The position numbers were made by a program, and so were the translations under genes. A stretch of DNA of 64,000 bases from Endomicrobiales bacterium. Its GTDB lineage: Bacteria; Elusimicrobiota; Endomicrobiia; Endomicrobiales; CAWCFT01. The notes under the pieces are model-generated. The model saw only the letters and a list, made by a program, of their open reading frames with translations. It was not told where the DNA came from and searched no databases. Positions 31,355-41,900 of this stretch are shown here, one piece after another. The DNA lies in the NCBI GenBank assembly GCA_963794945.1, contig CAWCFT010000005.1, forward strand, positions 1-64,000. Direction: 5' to 3'. Position 1 is the first letter of the stretch, and every line of letters starts with the position of its first letter.

Positions 31355-32011
31355 TCAGCCTCCGTTAGGCATGATGATTTGTTTCAGTTCGCTTATTCTT
31401 TTAATAGTAAAATCTGGCTGGAGTATTTTAAGGTTTTCTGGTTCGGTATAACCGTATTCGACGGCAACGCTCATGATGCCGGCGGCTTTCGCGGCAAGGA
31501 TATCATTTTTGCCGTCTCCGACCATCAAAGACCTGTCTTTTTGCGCTTTAGATTGGGTGATTATATCGAGAATTGGTTGCGGGTCCGGCTTCCTGTTGGG
31601 GCCTGAGTCCCCGCCCCACACATGAATGAAGTATTTATCTATCTGGAGTTTATTGATTATCGTTCTCGCAGCAGTTTCCGGCTTATTGGTAAGCACTGCT
31701 TTGTTTATCCCCTCCAGGCTTTCAAGTGTATCTTTAACGCCTGGATACAGTTTAGTGCTTCTTAACAGGTTCTCGCCGTAATATGTCCGAAATTTTATTG
31801 TAGCAATCTCTAATTCCGCTTCGCCCATATCCGGCAGTGATCTTTCCATCAATATTTTTATACCGTCACCGATGTAGCTCCTGACATCATCAACGCTTAA
31901 TTCACGTAAACCGTAAAGCGTACGGATATAGTTTACAGAGGCGGCCAGATCGTACTGGGAATCTATCAGGGTCCCGTCCAAATCAAATATTATGAGATCA
32001 TACTTATTCAT
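31355..32011 (-). CDS. gph: HAD hydrolase, phosphoglycolate phosphatase-like
   Basis: FDLDGTL, TNKP, KPDP, VGDGKND. Confidence 0.85.
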   Translation of the reverse strand: MNKYDLIIFDLDGTLIDSQYDLAASVNYIRTLYGLRELSVDDVRSYIGDGIKILMERSLPDMGEAELEIATIKFRTYYGENLLRSTKLYPGVKDTLESLEGINKAVLTNKPETAARTIINKLQIDKYFIHVWGGDSGPNRKPDPQPILDIITQSKAQKDRSLMVGDGKNDILAAKAAGIMSVAVEYGYTEPENLKILQPDFTIKRISELKQIIMPNGG

Positions 32012-32026
32012 TCAGGTGAACTCTGA

Positions 32027-34621
32027 TCACTGCCAGGTAATAAGCCCGGGCAGATACACAACGTTGCCGTCAAGCTGGGGCAGAACCCTCACTACATATC
32101 CGCAGTGCCCAACTCTGTCACCGGAAATAGTCCCTTCATAGGTATACAGCCCGTCAGGACCAGCGTTTACCATGTGCATCACGCTGACTACCGGCATGCT
32201 CATGCGCCGCTTAGAATCAAGGTAACCAAAATACAACTGAACCGAAACTTTATCAGGCGATATCTGGCCGAGTTTAACTTTTGTCTTGACGGTAAAGCTT
32301 TTTCCAAGGCTCACATCGTCCGCTAGATTGTCTTCGGCCTGAATTATCTTAATAGCATCCCAGTTCTTGTAGAGGAACTTCTCCCACTCGACGGTCTTCT
32401 GGGCGTTGGCAAACCCATTCTGGACAAGTTTTTCGTTATCAGCGGCCGCGTTGCGGTATGATTTTTTTGTGTATTCTTCTATCATCCTGTTTGTGTTGAA
32501 GGCCGGGCAAATGCTCTGCATTGAGGTTTTCATCTTGGTTATCCACTCGCGCGGGAGCCCATCATTGCCCCTGTGGTAGAACATAGGAACTACATCCCTT
32601 TCAAGTATATCGTATATTGATTTACTTTCGATCTCATCCTGGTATTCATTATCGGAATATTCTTCTCCCGAACCTATCTTCCAGCCATTCTCGCCGTTAT
32701 ACCCTTCGCACCACCAGCCGTCGAGAACACTAATGTTAAGCACGCCGTTGACAGCGGACTTCATACCGCTGGTGCCTGATGCTTCGGCCGGCCTTCTGGG
32801 GTTGTTAAGCCATACGTCCGAACCCTGAACCAGATAGTGAGCGACGTTCATATCGTAATCCTCTATGAACACTATCCTGTGTCTCAAGTCGATATCCCTG
32901 GAGATATGTATTATATGTTTAATCACTTCTTTTCCGATGTTGTCGGCGGGGTGAGCCTTACCGGCTATTATAATCTGCACGGGTTTGTCTTTCTGCGTCA
33001 TTATCTTCTTGATTCTTTCCAGGTCCCTGAAAATAAGGTCTCCCCTCTTGTATCCGGCAAAACGCCTTGCGAAACCTATTGTCAGCGCTTCAGGGTCAAG
33101 AACTTCATCCGCGTAGCTGATCTCGTTAGGTGAAGCTCCGCGCCGTATAAGTTGGGCTTTGAGCCTCGCCCTTGCGAAAGAAACGAGCCTCTCTCTTCTT
33201 CTTTCGTGGCTTCTCCAGAGTTCCGAATCGGGTATCTGGGCGATGTTCTCCCAAATAGTCTGGTCGGCCGGTTCGTCTTTCCAGGCCGATCCTATATAGC
33301 GGTCGAACAGGCCCGCCATCTCATAAGAAAGCCATGTATTGGTGTGTATGCCGTTTGTGATCGAGAATATAGGCACTTCGCTTTTAGGCACTTCCGGCCA
33401 TATGTCTTTCCACATGTTCCTCGAGATAGTCCCGTGCAATTTGCTGACACCGTTGGCATACTTTGCGAATTTGAGCGCCAGTACTGTCATGCAGAAATTT
33501 TCTTTGATCTCTTTTGGATTAATACGGCCGAAAGCCATAAAATCTTCGATCTTGAAACCAAGTTTTTTATAGGTCGGTTCAAGATATTTTTCTATTAGGT
33601 CTTTTGTGAAAACTTCGTTGCCAGCCGGCACCGGAGTGTGTGTTGTAAAAACGCAGGAACCTCTTACTACTTCGCTCGATGCCTCAAAGCTCAGTTTGCA
33701 TTCTTCCATCAGAAGGCTGATCTTCTCAAGAAGAAGGAACGCCGAGTGGCCTTCGTTAATGTGTATTACGGACGGCTCTATCTGCATGGTCTTTAAAAGA
33801 CGCGTTCCTCCTATACCCAACATCATCTCCTGCTTTATGCGCATCTCCCTGTCACCGCCATAAAGCTGGCTTGTGATGTCCCTGTCTTCGGGCAGATTGT
33901 CATCTATATCCGTGTCCAGCATGAAAAGAGGCACACGTCCCACCTGTATCTTCCATACCCTCGCGTAAACTTTCTTTGCTGGAAAATCAACCGATATTTT
34001 AAGCTGGCCTCCGCTCTGGTCTTTTACCCTCTGTATCGGCATCCTTGAGAAATGGTTCTCAACATATTCTTCCTGCTGCCAGCCGTCAAAGTTAAGATAC
34101 TGTTTGAAATAGCCCTGCCTATAAAGAAGTCCTACGCCTATAAGCGGCAGGCCCATGTCGCTGGCAGATTTCAGGTGGTCGCCTGATAAGATACCAAGGC
34201 CGCCAGAATAGATAGGGAGACTTTCATGTATGCCGAATTCAGTAGAGAAGTAGGCTATCGTCTTGCTCTTCTGGCCGGGATACTGTTTATCATACCAGGT
34301 CTCTATCTGCATGTAACGATTAAGGGCATTTGTCACTCTTTCTAAGTGAGAGAGGAAACCGTTGTCTTCTGAGAGTTCAAGCAAACGTTCTTCTCTGACT
34401 GCACCGAGAAGCATTATGGGATTGTGATAGTGCTCTTCCCACAGATCGCGGTCTATTCTCCTGAAAAGTTCAAGCGCATCTGAATTCCAAACCCACCACA
34501 GATTGTAAGCTATATCCAAAAGCGGTTTAAGGTTTGCGGGTAACGACGGAACTACCACGTACTGTTTTGAATTTTTTACCTGGTATTTTTCTTCTGAAAG
34601 ATTGAACAAGTCGTTCTTCAT
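32027..34621 (-). CDS. glgP: Alpha-glucan phosphorylase
   Basis: YSGGLGILSGDHLK, NEGH, EASGTSGMK. Confidence 0.97.
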   Translation of the reverse strand: MKNDLFNLSEEKYQVKNSKQYVVVPSLPANLKPLLDIAYNLWWVWNSDALELFRRIDRDLWEEHYHNPIMLLGAVREERLLELSEDNGFLSHLERVTNALNRYMQIETWYDKQYPGQKSKTIAYFSTEFGIHESLPIYSGGLGILSGDHLKSASDMGLPLIGVGLLYRQGYFKQYLNFDGWQQEEYVENHFSRMPIQRVKDQSGGQLKISVDFPAKKVYARVWKIQVGRVPLFMLDTDIDDNLPEDRDITSQLYGGDREMRIKQEMMLGIGGTRLLKTMQIEPSVIHINEGHSAFLLLEKISLLMEECKLSFEASSEVVRGSCVFTTHTPVPAGNEVFTKDLIEKYLEPTYKKLGFKIEDFMAFGRINPKEIKENFCMTVLALKFAKYANGVSKLHGTISRNMWKDIWPEVPKSEVPIFSITNGIHTNTWLSYEMAGLFDRYIGSAWKDEPADQTIWENIAQIPDSELWRSHERRRERLVSFARARLKAQLIRRGASPNEISYADEVLDPEALTIGFARRFAGYKRGDLIFRDLERIKKIMTQKDKPVQIIIAGKAHPADNIGKEVIKHIIHISRDIDLRHRIVFIEDYDMNVAHYLVQGSDVWLNNPRRPAEASGTSGMKSAVNGVLNISVLDGWWCEGYNGENGWKIGSGEEYSDNEYQDEIESKSIYDILERDVVPMFYHRGNDGLPREWITKMKTSMQSICPAFNTNRMIEEYTKKSYRNAAADNEKLVQNGFANAQKTVEWEKFLYKNWDAIKIIQAEDNLADDVSLGKSFTVKTKVKLGQISPDKVSVQLYFGYLDSKRRMSMPVVSVMHMVNAGPDGLYTYEGTISGDRVGHCGYVVRVLPQLDGNVVYLPGLITWQ

Positions 34622-34812
34622 AAATGCTCCTTTAAAAAATTAGGCCGCGCAATGCTAGAATAAAAATATCCGCATGCAACTTGTTCAAAGTATACCAAAT
34701 ATTTTGAGTTTTAGGAATAGTTTGCAATGATTATTTGAAAATGAGCTTGCGCTCATCCGGAAAAATGCCATAGTTAAACAGAAACATGTTCAATCTGCAT
34801 GATTTTTCAAAC

Positions 34813-34870
34813 AAAAAAGGCTAGTGCTTATTGCGCTAGCCTATGGTGAAAGATTTGGAGCGGGCGATGG
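34813..34870 (-). repeat. Duplicated tRNA-Gly 3' end plus terminator-like hairpin
   Basis: TGGAGCGGGCGATGG at 34856-34870 equals 35003-35017; hairpin 34813-34842 resembles 34952-34978. Confidence 0.75.
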
Positions 34871-35002
34871 CCGCCTTATACAACATCCTAAGGGTGCGGC
34901 ACTCCCTCGTTGAAAACTCGGCCGGGATTTTTCAAATCCCAAGCAAAAAGAAAAAGCTAACGTTTATAGCGCTAGCTTCTGTTCTTTTTACATATTTAAG
35001 AT

Positions 35003-35077
35003 TGGAGCGGGCGATGGGATTTGAACCCACGACCTTCTCGTTGGCAACGAGACGTTCTACCACTGAACTACACCCGC
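35003..35077 (-). tRNA. tRNA-Gly(GCC)
   Basis: GCGGGTG...TTGCCAA...GGTTCAAATCC...CCCGCTCCA cloverleaf with encoded CCA. Confidence 0.97.
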
Positions 35078-35085
35078 ATAAAGTC

Positions 35086-35181
35086 AATTACAGATTGCAA
35101 ATTTCAGATTACAGATTTACCAGCTTTAGTTATTTAATTTGAAATTTGTAATTTGAAATTTGTAATATGTAATTTGTAATT
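35086..35181. repeat. Inverted arrays of degenerate heptamer repeats
   Basis: (ATTACAG/ATTTCAG)n facing (TTGTAAT/TTGAAAT)n between the two tRNAs. Confidence 0.75.
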
Positions 35182-35191
35182 GTTTTAATAA

Positions 35192-35273
35192 TGCTGGAGG
35201 TGGGACTTGAACCCACATTCCGTGAGGAACACGCCCCTCAAACGTGCGCGTATGCCAATTCCGCCACTCCAGC
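35192..35273 (-). tRNA. tRNA-Leu(GAG)
   Basis: GCTGGAG...TTGAGGG anticodon loop, long variable arm, GGTTCAAGTCC; CCA not encoded. Confidence 0.95.
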
Positions 35274-35305
35274 AACTGCTTTAATTATATGCCACTGAAT
35301 CAGCT

Positions 35306-35614
35306 TTAATGCCCGGGTGTTTGTGGCGCGCTTGGAGGTGTCACCGGGATATAAGGTATCTGGCTTGTAACGCTTCTGCCTCCCAAACGTGACGTAAGTA
35401 TAGTCAGCGATAGGGATGTCAGCATGAATAGCACAGCCATCACCACCGTAGCTTTCTTGACAAATGCCATGCCGGATGGAGCGCTAAAAAGCTGGTCTGA
35501 TCCGCCACCACCGAAAAGCCCGGCTATACCGGACCCTTTCCCCGCCTGAAGCAGTACTATCAGAATCAAACTTATGCAAACGATAACATGAACTATCAAT
35601 ATCAATATATACAT
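35306..35614 (-). CDS. secG: Preprotein translocase subunit SecG
   Basis: VLLQAGKG.G...FGGG, two transmembrane helices; between pgk and tRNA-Leu. Confidence 0.93.
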   Translation of the reverse strand: MYILILIVHVIVCISLILIVLLQAGKGSGIAGLFGGGGSDQLFSAPSGMAFVKKATVVMAVLFMLTSLSLTILTSRLGGRSVTSQIPYIPVTPPSAPQTPGH

Positions 35615-35624
35615 AGTGTTGACA

Positions 35625-35653
35625 ATTATACTAAAACATTAGATTAAAATCAA
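35625..35653 (-). promoter_or_regulatory. Sigma70-like promoter for secG and the tRNAs
   Basis: TTGATT-17 nt-TATAAT, 10 nt before the ATG. Confidence 0.6.
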
Positions 35654-35673
35654 TAGCCGTTTATTCCGTCTCA

Positions 35674-36888
35674 TTATTTATCCGGCAGGGCTGCTATACC
35701 CGGAAGAACTTTGCCTTCAAGGAACTCCAGCGATGCTCCGCCGCCAGTAGAAATATGGGTTACCTTTTTGTCTACGCCGGCTTTCTTAACGGCCGCTATC
35801 GAATCGCCGCCGCCAACTACGCTTATCGCGCCTTTTTCGGTAGCCTGGGCCACAAGTTTAGCGATCTCTACGGTACCCTTCGCGAATTGGTCGATCTCAA
35901 AAACGCCCACGGGCCCGTTCCAGACGATCGTCTTTGCTTCAAGAATTACCGGAGCGATACGCTTTATGGTCATAGGGCCAATATCCACGCCCATGAACCC
36001 GGCAGGTATATCAGCTCCTTCTGTTTCTCTTACAATAGCACCGTCAGCTATCTTCTTGTTTGCAAAATCGATTTTATCAGTGATGATATGGTCTATAGGA
36101 ATAAAAAGTTGTATCTTTTTTTCCATCGCCTTCTTTAGGAGATCTTTTGCAACGCTAATCTTATCTTCTTCAACAAGCGAGTTGCCTGTCTCAACATCCT
36201 GAGCCCTCAGGAATGTGTACGCCATAGCGCCACCGATTATAAGGGAGTCAACTTTGCTGAGAAGATTCTCGATAACGCTGATCTTATCGGATACCTTTGC
36301 ACCGCCAAGTATCGCCAGGAAAGGACGTTTTGGGGCTTTTAGGGCTTCGCCCAGGAACTGAAGCTCCTTTTCCACAAGGAAACCTGCCGCCGCTGTTTTC
36401 ATATATTTGGCTATGCCCGCGGTTGATGCGTGCGCCCTGTGAACCGTGCCGAAAGCATCTTGCACGAACACATCACCTAACGACGCGAGCTGGGCAGCGA
36501 ACTTGTCATCGTTCTTTTCTTCTTCAGGATGGAAGCGAAGGTTCTCCAGCAGCAGTATCTCTCCTGGCTTAAGTTCCTGTGCCATTTTGCTCACTTCCGG
36601 GCCGACACAGTCAGGTGCCATCTTGATTGTCATCTTGAGTATATCGCCAAGTTTCTTGGCGGCCGGTTTCAGGCTCATGCTCGGGACAACTTTGCCTTTG
36701 GGCCTACCGAGATGGGACATCAATATGATAGCAGCCTTCTGTTCAAGCAGATACTTTATAGTGGGCAGAGTAGCAACTATACGCTTGTCGTTAGTCACAT
36801 TCTGGTTTTCATCGAGAGGAACGTTGTAGTCCACTCTTACAAGCACCTTCTTTCCTGACACGTCAATGTCTTTTATTGTTTTCTTCAT
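35674..36888 (-). CDS. pgk: Phosphoglycerate kinase
   Basis: RVDYNVP, SHLGRP, GGAKVSDK, STGGGASLE. Confidence 0.98.
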   Translation of the reverse strand: MKKTIKDIDVSGKKVLVRVDYNVPLDENQNVTNDKRIVATLPTIKYLLEQKAAIILMSHLGRPKGKVVPSMSLKPAAKKLGDILKMTIKMAPDCVGPEVSKMAQELKPGEILLLENLRFHPEEEKNDDKFAAQLASLGDVFVQDAFGTVHRAHASTAGIAKYMKTAAAGFLVEKELQFLGEALKAPKRPFLAILGGAKVSDKISVIENLLSKVDSLIIGGAMAYTFLRAQDVETGNSLVEEDKISVAKDLLKKAMEKKIQLFIPIDHIITDKIDFANKKIADGAIVRETEGADIPAGFMGVDIGPMTIKRIAPVILEAKTIVWNGPVGVFEIDQFAKGTVEIAKLVAQATEKGAISVVGGGDSIAAVKKAGVDKKVTHISTGGGASLEFLEGKVLPGIAALPDK

Positions 36889-36911
36889 TTTCGCACCCCT
36901 TCAAATAAAAA

Positions 36912-37008
36912 CTAGAGAATAGAGAATAAGGGATGCAGAATTTGGTTTCAAAGCCGTTTGGGCCTCTACTGTCTAATTTCAGCTTCTCTTTTCTCTATTC
37001 TCTATTAT
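36912..37008. repeat. Inverted heptamer repeat arrays
   Basis: (TAGAGAA)n ... (TTCTCTA)n between gap and pgk. Confidence 0.65.
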
Positions 37009-37011
37009 AGT

Positions 37012-38061
37012 TTAGCTCTTCGATATCATATACGAGATAAGGTCCACTACGCGGTTGGAATAACCCCACTCGTTGTCGTACCAGGAAAGCACCTTCACTA
37101 AGTCCCCTTCCATGACTTTGGTGCTCATGGCATCAACATAGGAGCTTAGAGGGCAATGATTGAAATCTACGGAAACAAGCGGCTCTTCAGTGTATCCAAG
37201 TATGCCCTTTAAAAAGCCTTCTGAAGCAGCTTTGAGCGCGGCGTTTACTTCTTCTATCGTAACCGTTTTCTTGAGCAGAACAGTGAGGTCGATCACAGAC
37301 ACATTGGGTGTCGGCACTCTCATCGAAAATCCGTCAAGTTTACCTTTAAGTTCAGGCATAACGAGCCCTATCGCCTTAGCGGCGCCGGTTGAGGTAGGTA
37401 TCATCGAAAGCGCGGCGGCACGGGCGCGGCGCGGGTCAGCGTGCGCCATGTCCTGGACTTTCTGGTCATTCGTGTAAGCGTGAATAGTCGTCATCAGGCC
37501 TTTCTCTATTCCCCACTTGTCGTGAAGAACTTTCGCGACTGGCGCGAGGCTGTTAGTAGTGCAGGAAGCATTAGAAACAACGTGGTGATTCTTCGGGTCG
37601 TATTTGTTTTCATTGACTCCGAGAACTATCGTGATATCTTCGCCAGTTGCGGGAGCAGAAATTATGACTTTCTTGGCTCCGCCGGCGGTTATGTGGTTCT
37701 CTGCGCCGCGAACCGTCTTGCCTTTTTTATTGACGCCGTCTTTTTTAATGGTGAACAGGCCGGTTGACTCAACAACGTAGTCAATGCCGAGGTCCTTCCA
37801 CATTATTTCTGCAGGATCCATTTTTTTAAATACTTTTATCTTTTTGCCGTTTACTGTTATCTCATCATCACCGGTCGCTTTAACATCTGCTTCCAGCTGT
37901 CCGTGAACGGAATCATATTTAAAAAGATGCGCGTTCATTTTCGAATCCGTCAAGTCATTTATAGCGACAAGTTCGATGTTCTTATCATTCCTGTCTATTA
38001 TAGCTCTTGCCACAAGCCTGCCTATCCTGCCAAAACCGTTAATACCAACTTTTACTGCCAT
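37012..38061 (-). CDS. gap: Glyceraldehyde-3-phosphate dehydrogenase type I
   Basis: MAVKVGINGFGRIGR after a GGAGG RBS; ASCTTNSL; WYDNEWGY. Confidence 0.98.
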   Translation of the reverse strand: MAVKVGINGFGRIGRLVARAIIDRNDKNIELVAINDLTDSKMNAHLFKYDSVHGQLEADVKATGDDEITVNGKKIKVFKKMDPAEIMWKDLGIDYVVESTGLFTIKKDGVNKKGKTVRGAENHITAGGAKKVIISAPATGEDITIVLGVNENKYDPKNHHVVSNASCTTNSLAPVAKVLHDKWGIEKGLMTTIHAYTNDQKVQDMAHADPRRARAAALSMIPTSTGAAKAIGLVMPELKGKLDGFSMRVPTPNVSVIDLTVLLKKTVTIEEVNAALKAASEGFLKGILGYTEEPLVSVDFNHCPLSSYVDAMSTKVMEGDLVKVLSWYDNEWGYSNRVVDLISYMISKS

Positions 38062-38180
38062 GTGAGTGTCCTCCTGTTTATTAATTTTCTCTTCTTTGAG
38101 AAATTTGTAAGTCACCATATTATAAAAAATAACTTTTGTTGTCAAATCCAGTTGCACGTTTTGAGAGATGTGACCAGCTT

Positions 38181-38900
38181 TTAATCTCGAGCGAAGGCCA
38201 GCCCGTAAACTTTCTCAGCCCCGGCCTCTCGCAGAACCTTTGAACATTCATCCATAGTTGCGCACGTAGTGCATACATCGTCGACAAGAAGAATGTTCTT
38301 GCCTTTAATTACTGTCTTCAGTTCTTCATTGAAACCGAAGCAACCGGCAATATTATCGCGTCTTTCTGCCTTTTTAAGCCCATATTGCGCCCTTGTGACC
38401 CTTTTGCGCACCAACCCTTTCAGTACCGGTTTTACCAAGTACTCCGAAATTTTTCTTGCTATTAATTCCGCCTGATTGTAACCGCGGAAATATTCTTTAA
38501 ACCTGTGCATAGGCACAAACACTATAAGATCGATATTGCTTTCGGCATCGAGCGCCCTGGCTGTTCTTTCCATAAGGCGCCCGATCACTCTTATTACATA
38601 TTCACGGCCTCCGTATTTAAGTTTATGAATGAGGCTCCTTGCAATGTCTTTATAGACGCAAGCCGCCCTCACTTTTTCAAAATGGTATTTAACACCTTTG
38701 CCGCAAATATAACAGTGTTCCCCTCCATCAGGCAGATCAAGCCCGCATTTGGCGCAGTAATGTTTATCAATTAGTTTGATCTTACATTCGCATTCCGGAC
38801 ATATCCTGTAATGGTCGTCAAACGGGAGGTCACAACCGCATTCTAAACACGTGACTGGAAAAAGGAAGTTGACACTTTTAAGCCATATTTCTTTCATCAT
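38181..38900 (-). CDS. comF: ComF family protein
   Basis: Zn-ribbon CxxC pairs, RGYNQ, LVDDVCTT. Confidence 0.92.
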   Translation of the reverse strand: MMKEIWLKSVNFLFPVTCLECGCDLPFDDHYRICPECECKIKLIDKHYCAKCGLDLPDGGEHCYICGKGVKYHFEKVRAACVYKDIARSLIHKLKYGGREYVIRVIGRLMERTARALDAESNIDLIVFVPMHRFKEYFRGYNQAELIARKISEYLVKPVLKGLVRKRVTRAQYGLKKAERRDNIAGCFGFNEELKTVIKGKNILLVDDVCTTCATMDECSKVLREAGAEKVYGLAFARD

Positions 38901-38923
38901 GAACTTCTGCCGTTATTGTTAGC

Positions 38924-41900
38924 TTAGAACGTTATAGTCATCCGGCTTGTAAGATCGTATTCAGTATAGCTAGTATTGTCTATCCCTGTTGCCACCCTGT
39001 TATCAACCCTGGTCAGGCCTAACCCGAACGAAAGCCGGAAGTTTTGTGAAATTTCGTATTCAGCGCTGCTATTAATAGTTGCCGTGTTCGTATTATCGGT
39101 TGTTACATTAAGGCTTGACTGTTTAATTATATACTTCAGTGTGTTATTTATGATCATTCTGTTAGTAAGGTTAAGCTTTCTGCTGGAAAAAGGTATGGGT
39201 ATGCCTTTTGGGAACGACATATCAGCATACATCTGTATGCTGTACGTGTCAGTTTGCAAATCAGTTGTAAGTTTACCGGTACCGTCTGAGCCCTGTTCAG
39301 ACTTTCGTCATAGCGTGTAGTAATACGCCAATGTTTCCAGTTGAACGCCCCTTGCGCTGACCATGCCGTGTTTTGTCCTGAATCAGCCGTGACATTTTGA
39401 ACAAGGTCTTTGTCTTCATTGACCTGCGATGAAGCGGACAAGCTCATGTCAACTTTTTTTAGCAGGTTAAATCTAAAGTCAGCGCCGTAAGTCTCGCTAT
39501 TGCCTTCTGTATAATTTTCAGTTTTCGTAGTTTTTATCTGGGTTTTCAGGTTTAACTGAGAGTCATGCACCCATTTTTCAAGCCAGAGCATCTTTTCTAT
39601 CTGGCTCATCCCAAGTAAAATATCAGGCCAGACCGTGGTTTTGGTGAATCTCTCGGTGCCTGTTATTGTTGAATCTTCCTGGCTGTTAGTAAAAGTAAAG
39701 TTGGTAGTTATTGTCTTCATTGGAGCTAATCGGCCCGATAAATTAAAAGCTTCGAACGGATTGTATCTACCGGAGAGCCTTGCATCATCCTTGTAATCCA
39801 TAGCCTGTACGGTGAATGATGACGAAGCTCCCTGGAAGTTAGAGATATCGTTGGCAAGGCTATTACCTCTTATCCAAAGCCTGTTCGCGGTGAATCCGTA
39901 TGGGTCAAATGAACTGACAACGTTATTGTATGAATCACTGTCTTGTATCCTAAATGAAGATGAAAAACCCAGAGATTGTGTATATTTATATTTCAAAATG
40001 TCCTTGACCTGAAAATTCCACGAGACCTCGCCAGTTCCGCTTCTTTCTATGAACTTTGTGGTACCGGGATATGAGATCGTGTCAGTAGAAACAACTGTTG
40101 TTGGCAAACCCGTGGTAGTGCTTATAACTACCGTACCGGTGCTGTACGCTGAATTATACGTTTCTTTAATGCTTATCATATAACTGACATTTGGCTGGAA
40201 CCATTTCGCAAGCCGTAAGGATGATGTAACCCCCAAATCCTGACCGGTATTTTTCATATACTCGGGTATTGAAGGGACAAAATCTTTATTGATCTCCGAC
40301 ACTTGTGAACGGCTGTAACTAGGTGAAACGCTAAGCCACGAGAAGAACTGAAAAGGCGCTTTAAACGAGTACGATCTGCTAGTGTCAAGCGTATGATAGT
40401 CATCTATTTTATAACCAGGTTCATCGCTCATCCCAAGGTATTTATATAACGCGTTCGGATCAAGAAAATCGCTTGACGTCGGTATCGCGCTTGAAGGATA
40501 AACCTTGAAATATGAATATCCAAGACTCGTATTGGCCGATATGTGGGTCGGGAAAAGAAAAAATCTCACGGGAGTGTTGTATTCAAGGCTTCCTGACATT
40601 TTTTGGTCGTCTTGAAGTTGCTGTATTTGCTGAGTATCGGTTATCGTTCTGTTGTACTGACCATTTAAAACAGGCAGGTACCTTCCGACTGACGGGAAAG
40701 CGCTTCCTATATTCAGTGACGTGTTAAGAGTGCCGTTATAATTAACGACCTGACCTTCTTCAAGCAGGGATACAAGATTATTCTGCGTTTGCACTACTGA
40801 AGGCGTTACCACAACTGAATGATCGAGCTCTGTGCTTATCGGCAGTATAGACAATCTATTGAACTTGAAATATGCCTTTTCATCAGTTGTATCCCTGTTA
40901 TAGACGCCCGCCGAAAATGTTCGAAAGTTCCTGTCGACTTGTTTCTTGTAAACCCCGAACTCCGCCCAGCGAGGCAGTTTGAAATCCAAGTTCACCCTGT
41001 TTGCGCCTCCGTTTTTAATATAAGGATTTTCCACGAACATATCATCGATCCATATTTGACCGTTTGGCCTCGGCGCATGCGTCCGTACACCCGTTCTGAA
41101 TTGCCCTATGGCAAGAAAAGATGGGCTTCCGACAATCTGTGTCATAGCTCCACCAGCATCGGATGTAGCTCCGCTTGAATTCACTGCCCATGTTTGTGGC
41201 CTATTATTTTTTTGAGTAATATCATATTGATATATAATTATTTCTTTCCACTTGTTCCACGTTATTGGAACAGAGTATTCATAATAGTTTGTGTCATCGC
41301 CGGCTTGAAGAAAAAATGTATCACCATTATCTTGGGTGCTGCCGTAAACAAAGACATGGAATTCCTTATAATTTGAAAGATCGTATGGTGTAGTAAAAAC
41401 TTCTTTTACAGCGACCTCCTCTCCCGTTGAGGCCACGGTCGTATATTGCATTTGGAGCGCTTGTTCATTCATACCAGTCAGGTTTGTAGCGGATGTGATA
41501 CCATAAATGCTCTGATATGTCGGATTAAATATCAACGACTCATTTGCGTATTCGCTATTTGACCTATCAATCGCTGTAATGCTCTCAGTACTTCCATTTT
41601 GAAGCGTGCTCGCTACTAGAAAGCGGTTGCTTACAGCACCTAAAGTGTATATTTTAATAAAATTACTAGGGCCTTGGAGATTTTGGGTAGAACTTGTTCT
41701 TCGTATTGTAATCCTTACCTGTTTTATTGTTTGCCAGTCAGCAGCATTCGCAATATTTAAAGGAACCGTAAAATATTTCCATCCTTTCCAGTCGACTGAA
41801 GTATGAGTGTTGCCAGCGGTATCTATGATGCCTCTCGTGCTTTCAGCACCGTAAGGGCCTGGATAAGCAATATTGTCAATACGGTTCAATACTCCGTCAC

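Noticed and set aside
34843..35142. 99 aa plus-strand ORF
   Set aside because: Antisense to tRNA-Gly and repeats; not a plausible protein.
38062..38157. N-terminal extension of GAPDH
   Set aside because: The RBS and conserved start point to 38061; the extension covers promoter-like sequence.
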